DNA from: a virus
Lineage: Duplodnaviria > Caudoviricetes
Length of the DNA: 64,000 nucleotides
Reading direction: 5' to 3' (one strand)
IMG/VR virus record: IMGVR_UViG_3300042914_002678
Part shown: in pieces, positions 57,511 through 64,000 of the stretch
Numbering within the stretch: the first letter of the stretch is position 1
Layout of the letters: the number at the start of each line of letters is the position of its first letter
The notes under the pieces: generated by a model
Seen by the model: the letters and a program-made list of their open reading frames with translations, nothing else
Databases searched by the model: none
Told to the model about the DNA's origin: nothing
Position numbers and translations under genes: made by a program

Positions 57511-59793
57511 ATGGTAAAATATAATTCTGGTAGAGTAAGAAGATTTGATCAAACTGGAATAACTTCTGATAGATATGAGTTTTTATCATTAGAACAAGCA
57601 GAACCAGATTTAGGTGATCCTAAAGTTGGTATTGCATCTACTACTGTAAATCCAAAACCAGTTGGTCAAACTTTTATCTTGGCTGCTGTTGATGGGCATG
57701 TTGGAAAAAGATATTGGTTGCCCATTTCTGAAGAAGGTTCTGGAATTGATTTAAAAGGTCTCCAAGGATCACAAGGACTTCAGGGAAACCAAGGATTACA
57801 GGGAAATCAGGGTCTTCAAGGATTCTCAGGAGGAACTGGAACTGAGGGAGATCAGGGTGCTCAAGGTCTTCAGGGAGATCAAGGTACTCAAGGAACCCAA
57901 GGACTTCAGGGGAACCAAGGATTGCAGGGAAATCAGGGTCTTCAAGGTAATCAAGGTCTTCAAGGTTTAAGTAATCAAGGTACTCAAGGACTTCAAGGTA
58001 CTCAAGGTTTTCAAGGTACTCAAGGTCTTCAGGGTGGTGGGTCTCAGGGCAATCAAGGTCTTCAAGGACATCAAGGAATCCAAGGTCTTCAAGGTAATCA
58101 GGGACTTCAAGGTTTAAGTAATCAAGGTCTTCAAGGACTTCAAGGCACTCAAGGACTTCAAGGTACTCAAGGTCTTCAAGGAGCACAAGGTCTTCAAGGA
58201 TTCGCAGGAGGAACTGGAACTGAGGGAGATCAGGGTGCTCAAGGTCTTCAGGGAGATCAAGGTACTCAAGGAACACAAGGTCTTCAAGGAACACAGGGAA
58301 TAGGTGGACAACCAGCTTCTTGGGTAAGAAAAACTATTTTAAATGATAATGATTTATTAGTAGATGGTAGTCAAGTAATATCGGATACAACTTCTGGATC
58401 TTTTACCTTAAAGTTACCACTTAGTCCTCCACCTGGAGCAATAGTGAGAATAGCTGATGGTGGAAATTGGTTTGTAAATAATCTAACATTAGATAGAAAT
58501 GGAAGCACTATTGAGGGTTATTCTGAAGATTTAATTATTGATATTTCAAATACTATTTTAGATATAATTTATGAAGATGAAGGTGGAACTGGTACTTGGC
58601 ATGTATTTTCTTCTTTAGGTAGTCAAGGAACACAGGGGGTTCAAGGATTACAGGGAAATCAAGGTCTTCAAGGACATCAAGGAACCCAAGGTCTTCAAGG
58701 CAATCAAGGTCTTCAAGGCAATCAAGGTCTTCAAGGCAATCAAGGTCTTCAAGGCAATCAAGGACTTCAAGGGAACCAAGGATTACAGGGAACTCAAGGT
58801 CTTCAAGGCAATCAAGGTCTTCAAGGTAATCAAGGACTTCAAGGGAACCAAGGATTACAGGGAACTCAAGGTCTTCAAGGCAATCAAGGTCTTCAAGGCA
58901 ATCAAGGTCTTCAAGGTGATCAAGGCACTCAAGGACTTCAAGGTGTTCAAGGACTTCAAGGTGTTCAAGGACTTCAAGGTGTTCAAGGACTTCAAGGATT
59001 ACAGGGAGCTCAAGGTCTTCAAGGAACACAAGGTCTTCAGGGAAACCAAGGATTACAGGGAAATCAGGGTCTTCAGGGAAACCAAGGATTACAGGGAAAT
59101 CAGGGTCTTCAAGGTACTCAAGGTCTTCAAGGTCGCCAAGGTCTTCAAGGTCGCCAAGGTCTTCAAGGTAATCAAGGTCTTCAAGGACATCAAGGAATCC
59201 AAGGTCTTCAAGGTTTAAGTAATCAAGGCACTCAAGGACTTCAAGGACATCAAGGGGTTCAAGGTCTTCAGGGAGATCAAGGAACTCAGGGAACGCAAGG
59301 TCTTCAAGGAAATCAAGGAACACAAGGTCTTCAAGGTTTAAGTAATCAAGGTCGCCAAGGTCTTCAAGGTAATCAAGGTCTTCAAGGTAATCAAGGTCTT
59401 CAAGGTACTCAAGGAACACAAGGTCTTCAAGGTACTCAAGGTCTTCAAGGTAATCAAGGTCTTCAAGGTAATCAAGGTCTTCAAGGTAATCAAGGTCTTC
59501 AAGGACATCAAGGTAATCAAGGTCTTCAAGGTCTTCAAGGTAATCAAGGTCTTCAAGGTAATCAAGGTCTTCAAGGACATCAAGGAACCCAAGGTCTTCA
59601 AGGTAATCAAGGTCTTCAAGGTAATCAAGGTCTTCAAGGACATCAAGGAACCCAAGGTCTTCAAGGTAATCAAGGTTTAAGTAATCAAGGCACTCAAGGT
59701 CTTCAAGGTAATCAAGGTCTTCAGGGAACAAGGCTCCAAGGAACTGCAGGTTCTGATGATGTGAGTTTAGTTATTTTGGCTATGTTATTTTGA
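57511..59793 (+). CDS. Collagen-like fibre protein, 760 aa
   Basis: GxQ tracts flank an SDTTSGSFTLKLP.SP..RNGSTIEG domain shared with 7743. Confidence 0.85.
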   Translation: MVKYNSGRVRRFDQTGITSDRYEFLSLEQAEPDLGDPKVGIASTTVNPKPVGQTFILAAVDGHVGKRYWLPISEEGSGIDLKGLQGSQGLQGNQGLQGNQGLQGFSGGTGTEGDQGAQGLQGDQGTQGTQGLQGNQGLQGNQGLQGNQGLQGLSNQGTQGLQGTQGFQGTQGLQGGGSQGNQGLQGHQGIQGLQGNQGLQGLSNQGLQGLQGTQGLQGTQGLQGAQGLQGFAGGTGTEGDQGAQGLQGDQGTQGTQGLQGTQGIGGQPASWVRKTILNDNDLLVDGSQVISDTTSGSFTLKLPLSPPPGAIVRIADGGNWFVNNLTLDRNGSTIEGYSEDLIIDISNTILDIIYEDEGGTGTWHVFSSLGSQGTQGVQGLQGNQGLQGHQGTQGLQGNQGLQGNQGLQGNQGLQGNQGLQGNQGLQGTQGLQGNQGLQGNQGLQGNQGLQGTQGLQGNQGLQGNQGLQGDQGTQGLQGVQGLQGVQGLQGVQGLQGLQGAQGLQGTQGLQGNQGLQGNQGLQGNQGLQGNQGLQGTQGLQGRQGLQGRQGLQGNQGLQGHQGIQGLQGLSNQGTQGLQGHQGVQGLQGDQGTQGTQGLQGNQGTQGLQGLSNQGRQGLQGNQGLQGNQGLQGTQGTQGLQGTQGLQGNQGLQGNQGLQGNQGLQGHQGNQGLQGLQGNQGLQGNQGLQGHQGTQGLQGNQGLQGNQGLQGHQGTQGLQGNQGLSNQGTQGLQGNQGLQGTRLQGTAGSDDVSLVILAMLF

Positions 59794-59835
59794 AAAATAA
59801 ACAAATAAATAAAATTAATAAGATTTATTTGAAAA

Positions 59836-60213
59836 ATGACAGCACCAAATATCAGAAATCCAAGCTTTATTGTTGGTAATACTACAGGAACTACTTTAAC
59901 TACAACAAATTTAACTACAGTATTATCAAATCTAGCAAATAGTGGAAAAGTTTTTAAAATTAATAGTATTTTTGCGGCTAATATTGACGGCATAACTGCA
60001 GCTTCAATAAGTATTGCAATAAATTACAACGGTGCTGCATCAGACATATACCTAGCATACACTATTGAAGTTCCACCAGATTCTACGCAGGTTATATCAA
60101 CAAAAGAAACATATTTTTATTTGCAAGAGAACTGTTCTATAAAGGCACAGGCATCTGTTGCAAATGATATTGCCGTAACTATTTCATATGAAGACATTTT
60201 TGAACAATTATGA
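59836..60213 (+). CDS. Adapter-like protein, paralog of 19594
   Basis: Shared motifs; see 19594. Confidence 0.8.
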   Translation: MTAPNIRNPSFIVGNTTGTTLTTTNLTTVLSNLANSGKVFKINSIFAANIDGITAASISIAINYNGAASDIYLAYTIEVPPDSTQVISTKETYFYLQENCSIKAQASVANDIAVTISYEDIFEQL

Positions 60214-61406
60214 AATTAGGTTTACTTGGATATACCTCTGGTTCAATTTTTAATCGAACTGCCAAAATTGGGGTTAGTGGACTTGAGCAAAGCACTCTAG
60301 GATTAACTGCCAATAGAACTTCTACATCCACAAGAACTAGAAAATCTGGAGTTTTTAGACCAGAAGATAATGGTACTAAACAATATTATAAGGGAGATCT
60401 TCAATCTTTTTTCTCCTCTGCAACAAATAATTTGTCTTATAGTTCATTGCAACCATCTGGATTAGAAGTACGACCAAATGATAGAGTTATATATGGCATA
60501 AGCGGACGTAGTGATACATTTGGATCTACTGGTTATGATGTAAATGAGATAACTCTCAGAACAGCAGGAAATTTAAACTCAGTTTCACTAGCACAAAGAT
60601 CGTTACTTTGGAGACTCTCCACCAATAGCAGTAATTATTATCCCAATATGCAGGGTATGACGTTTAGATCTGATGGGTTAAGATTATTCGGAGCTGGCAC
60701 ATTAAGAAGAGATTTTAGTGGTACTAGTACATATTATGGGAGTATTTTTTATCTTTGGACTCTAGGATTTGCTTTCGATCTAACAAATCTTATTTCTTCT
60801 ACTACCGTTCCTGGACAATTAATTACCGGAAATGGAGGAACAGGAGTATGGCCACAATATTTTGTGATTAATGTGAATGGAGATAATCCTTCTTCAACTC
60901 CCATTGATGATTCCGATATTTCAAATGGTCCAACGGGTGCTGCAGGACATAGAATTAAAGATACTTTTATGCACCCTGATGGACTCATATTTTATTACTT
61001 ATCAAATGATATCATTTATCAAGGTTCTTTATCCTCTGCATGGCGATTGGGATTTGGAACTGGACTTGGAACTGACGTATTATCTTTAAATACTTCTTCA
61101 CTCACTGTTACTCCAAATGATTATTCGGTAAATGCATTCACTTTCAATTCTACTGGTACAAAATTATTTACATTTGCAACAACAAATAATAGAATACAAC
61201 AATATAATTTAGGAACCGCTTGGCAATTATCATCTGCCACATTGTCAACCAGTTTAGATGTAACTGTTTCTGGAGGTAATAAAAGAATTGGAATTAAAAT
61301 GCTTAGAGATCAATCAACAATTGTCGCACTTTCTAGAAATGTTACTACTAGTAGTAGTTTTTCTAGTAATGGGTTTCTTCACGAAATTAACCAAGCATTA
61401 TATTAA
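60210..61406 (+). CDS. Beta-propeller-like putative receptor-binding protein
   Basis: FRSDGLRLF, FMHPDG and FNSTGTKLF..QYNLGTAW repeats. Confidence 0.6.
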   Translation: MKLGLLGYTSGSIFNRTAKIGVSGLEQSTLGLTANRTSTSTRTRKSGVFRPEDNGTKQYYKGDLQSFFSSATNNLSYSSLQPSGLEVRPNDRVIYGISGRSDTFGSTGYDVNEITLRTAGNLNSVSLAQRSLLWRLSTNSSNYYPNMQGMTFRSDGLRLFGAGTLRRDFSGTSTYYGSIFYLWTLGFAFDLTNLISSTTVPGQLITGNGGTGVWPQYFVINVNGDNPSSTPIDDSDISNGPTGAAGHRIKDTFMHPDGLIFYYLSNDIIYQGSLSSAWRLGFGTGLGTDVLSLNTSSLTVTPNDYSVNAFTFNSTGTKLFTFATTNNRIQQYNLGTAWQLSSATLSTSLDVTVSGGNKRIGIKMLRDQSTIVALSRNVTTSSSFSSNGFLHEINQALY

Positions 61407-61476
61407 TTTTATCCAAATAAATTTAAAGTTATAAAAAGTTAATTCTAAATATTTAAAATCTTGATTTGAGAAAATA

Positions 61477-63123
61477 ATGCCAGTAGACGTAAATCAAGCT
61501 TCAGCTTTTAATTTATTAAAAAATTTAGAAAATCAATATACAAAATATGATAACCAAGATAGAGATACTTTAGCAGAAACTAATACTACTTTACCAGAAG
61601 TTGTTAGAAAAAGAGATGTAACTCAAAATTCCAATGGTAGTTGGAATATGGTGACTGCAGATGATCCAAAACCATTTACTTCACCAACTTCATTATATAA
61701 AGGTGTTGTTGATGAAATAGATGATAATATAAAACAGTACAAAAAAATTCTTAGACCTTTTGACGAGCAATTTTATAATCTTAATCAAGAAATTAATAGC
61801 AAAAAATCATTAATTATATCATTAGTAAATACTGCAATATCTTCTGGTTGCACATATCTTCCAGGGGATGCTGGAAATATTGGGGGAATTGCCTGTGGAA
61901 TTGGATCAACAATTTACAACGATTCTGCATCTGTAACTTATTATCCAAATTTAACACGAGATTCTGCACCTGCTTCTAAAATATTTAAAAGAAAAACAGA
62001 ACCATTAGAACCTTCATTGTTTACAAAGGGATTTGAAAACACGTATAAAAACAATTCTGGAGGTTCTGTTGGGGATTATTACTATATCCCAGAAGATCCA
62101 AATTTACACATTTTCTTATCATTCCCACTATTAACAACTGCTCAACGACAAACCTGTGCTGGATATGGAGTTTCTATTGTAAATATTGCTCAAGAATTAG
62201 TTGATTTAAGATCAAAAAGAAATTCTCTTATATCAGAAATTAACAGTTTAAAAGAAGATAAAACTTCTGAGGAAATAGTTGATTGGGGAGCTAATAGGCA
62301 AAAAAATAATGCCAAGTCTGCTAAAAAGAAATTAACTCGTCAAATTAATAATATAAGAAAATACTTGGATAATATAGTTTCGGAAGATTTAGTTATTCAT
62401 TTAAATGCAACTAAAGATTATGGTATTACTTATTATGTTCAAAACACAACTGGTGTTGGAATTGTAAGTAGTTTTTTAAATTTAAGCAAAGAAGGATCTT
62501 CTCCTGTTGCAATTAACAATCCAACTTACGTTGGATTTTCTGAACAAACAACAGGAATTACAGTTCCTTCGGTCAATCTAAATGGCACCAATCAATATTT
62601 TGTAATCGATAAAGATTATATTAGTGATGTTAATGGAATACCAGATGGAGATACTTCTTATAGTATTGAATCTTGGTTTAAAGTATTAAGCGACTCAAAT
62701 CTGTCAACTTCACCTACTTCTGGAGGTGCTGCTATTGTTGGAATCAATTCTATTCACGGAATAGGATTGCAAGTTTATAAACCGAGTTCAGGTCTTACGG
62801 TTAATTTTGGATCTCGTGATAGTGGAAGCATTGACGCTGGAATAACATTATCTTTAGATACTTGGTATCATGTCGTTGCAGTTCGTGAGAAAAATGTAAA
62901 TAGTAGGATTTATGTAAATTCTGGTATTACTAGTTCCTCTACAACTGCTGGATTAAGCGTAATTACCACACCAGGTTTAATGCAAATTGGTTATGCTGGC
63001 ACACACATAAGTCAATATTTCTCTGGAAATATTGGAGTTGTTAGAATTTATAAAAAAGCATTAAGTGATGTGGAAGTGTTAAGAAACTTCGATGCAGACA
63101 AAGAAGGATTCGGATACGCTTGA
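61477..63123 (+). CDS. Virion protein with a C-terminal LamG/concanavalin A-like domain
   Basis: LNGTNQY, YSIESWFK, TWYHVVAVR and FSGNIGVVRIYKKALS. Confidence 0.78.
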   Translation: MPVDVNQASAFNLLKNLENQYTKYDNQDRDTLAETNTTLPEVVRKRDVTQNSNGSWNMVTADDPKPFTSPTSLYKGVVDEIDDNIKQYKKILRPFDEQFYNLNQEINSKKSLIISLVNTAISSGCTYLPGDAGNIGGIACGIGSTIYNDSASVTYYPNLTRDSAPASKIFKRKTEPLEPSLFTKGFENTYKNNSGGSVGDYYYIPEDPNLHIFLSFPLLTTAQRQTCAGYGVSIVNIAQELVDLRSKRNSLISEINSLKEDKTSEEIVDWGANRQKNNAKSAKKKLTRQINNIRKYLDNIVSEDLVIHLNATKDYGITYYVQNTTGVGIVSSFLNLSKEGSSPVAINNPTYVGFSEQTTGITVPSVNLNGTNQYFVIDKDYISDVNGIPDGDTSYSIESWFKVLSDSNLSTSPTSGGAAIVGINSIHGIGLQVYKPSSGLTVNFGSRDSGSIDAGITLSLDTWYHVVAVREKNVNSRIYVNSGITSSSTTAGLSVITTPGLMQIGYAGTHISQYFSGNIGVVRIYKKALSDVEVLRNFDADKEGFGYA

Positions 63124-63148
63124 CAGAATCGTCAAGACTCCCTATAAT
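63120..63148 (+). promoter_or_regulatory. Perfect sigma70 consensus early promoter
   Basis: TTGACA-17-TATAAT. Confidence 0.88.
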
Positions 63149-63173
63149 GACGGGGTAATCAAAAAAATCCCGA

Positions 63174-63365
63174 ATGCCTTCCAACACTGAAGAATATCTG
63201 TCACGTTGTGTCATTGATACTCTTGCTCGTAAATTTTATCTTTATTCAAGTGAAGGTGGTGAAAGAGTTGTAGAGTGTGAAACTGTTGAGCAGTTTATGA
63301 ATGTACTGGAAGTGGTACGCACTCAAGTAAGCGAAGATTGTCTTGCATACAGTAGTCCTTTTTGA
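63174..63365 (+). CDS. Small conserved hypothetical protein
   Basis: ORF track, directly after the promoter. Confidence 0.75.
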   Translation: MPSNTEEYLSRCVIDTLARKFYLYSSEGGERVVECETVEQFMNVLEVVRTQVSEDCLAYSSPF

Positions 63366-63368
63366 AAA

Positions 63369-63542
63369 ATGGAAGTTTTTACCGTGGAAGAATTTCAAGA
63401 ACGTTTCGATGAACTTATAGAACGAGTTGAGAATGGAGAAAAATTAGGTATAATTAACGAGAATGGGCAAGCAGCAGTTATGATGCCCGCAGATGACGAA
63501 CTCATACGAATACACACAGAACTAAATAACGAAGCACCCTGA
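63369..63542 (+). CDS. Phd/YefM-fold-like small protein, 57 aa
   Basis: Hand translation MEVFTVEEFQERFDELIERVENGEKLGIINENGQAAVMMPADDELIRIHTELNNEAP*. Confidence 0.6.
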   Translation: MEVFTVEEFQERFDELIERVENGEKLGIINENGQAAVMMPADDELIRIHTELNNEAP

Positions 63543-63557
63543 TAAACGGGGTTTTTT

Positions 63558-63629
63558 GGGAGTATAGCTTAATGGTTAGAGCGGGCTCCTTATAAGGGCT
63601 TAGTCTGGGTTCAACTCCCAGTATTCCCA
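63558..63629 (+). tRNA. tRNA-Ile(UAU), no encoded CCA
   Basis: Acceptor GGGAGTA/TATTCCC, anticodon loop CT-TAT-AA, T-loop TTCAACT. Confidence 0.85.
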
Positions 63630-63631
63630 TC

Positions 63632-63704
63632 GCTCCTTTAGCAATCTGGTGAATGCAGCGAACTCATAATTCGCCTGAGGCGTGTTCGATCCACGCAAGG
63701 AGCA
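63632..63704 (+). tRNA. tRNA with a CAU anticodon (elongator Met or Ile2), no encoded CCA
   Basis: Acceptor GCTCCTT/AAGGAGC, loop CT-CAT-AA, T-arm GCGTG-TTCGATC-CACGC; lacks initiator features. Confidence 0.85.
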
Positions 63705-63735
63705 TAAAATAAATATAAGATATGGGAAAATCCCT

Positions 63736-64000
63736 ATGTCTTATCGTATCGATCACGCATACTGTTGGTATGACAATGGCAGTATGATTGTGAAAATGTA
63801 TTTCATAAATCATGTTCCTTTTACTTTTGATGAAATGCCAGACGGACACTTGTATGATCACGATCTTTGTAGGGCAGCGGACAGAGAAAGAACATTTGAA
63901 CCAGAAGATTTATACAAATCTTCATTCTATTTAATTGACGAACAATGCCATCCTTGTTTGTTCCCAATTGAGTTAGAAAACCCTGAAGATATGCCAGACG
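63736..64000 (+). CDS. Hypothetical protein, 3'-truncated by the window edge
   Basis: Hand translation MSYRIDHAYCWYDNGSMIVKMYFINHVPFTFDEMP...; TAAATA upstream. Confidence 0.7.
   Translation, partial: MSYRIDHAYCWYDNGSMIVKMYFINHVPFTFDEMPDGHLYDHDLCRAADRERTFEPEDLYKSSFYLIDEQCHPCLFPIELENPEDMPD

Noticed and set aside
7834-59731. Long alternate-frame ORFs such as LEDLEYLEDL (8647-9756, 52845-54440, 58553-59731), TLKTLSTL and FKVLKDFKV
   Set aside because: They are shadow frames of the 9-bp GxQ codon arrays, which lack stops in several frames; no RBS or independent features
63632-63704. Initiator tRNA-fMet
   Set aside because: It has a paired G1-C72 and lacks the three G-C pairs in the anticodon stem

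Overview
This is a 64-kb segment of a T4-like cyanomyovirus (Kyanoviridae-type) genome. Host and exact lineage cannot be fixed without a database search. From left to right: (1) a photosynthesis/redox module: petF (partial), hli, peroxiredoxin, psbA split by a 209-nt group I intron, a free-standing HNH/NUMOD3 endonuclease and psbD; (2) an accessory island of giant and miniature Gly-X-Gln collagen-like fibre genes, each followed by ~120-aa adapter-like, Gly-rich and chaperone-like genes, plus 2OG-Fe(II) oxygenases and glycosyltransferases; (3) glutaredoxin, speD and a candidate nitrogen-sensing unit (NtcA box, glutamine-riboswitch-like RNA, DUF4278 peptide); (4) T4 core genes thyX, phoH, exonuclease, gp33, gp59 and gp32, then a Mom-like DNA-modification gene; (5) baseplate/tail genes gp53, gp48, gp2, gp4, gp54-like, gp26, gp51, peptidoglycan hydrolases and gp5-related genes; (6) a second collagen-fibre cluster; (7) an early-promoter unit with a Phd-like small gene and two tRNAs. 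All assignments come from reading motifs by eye; no searches were run.
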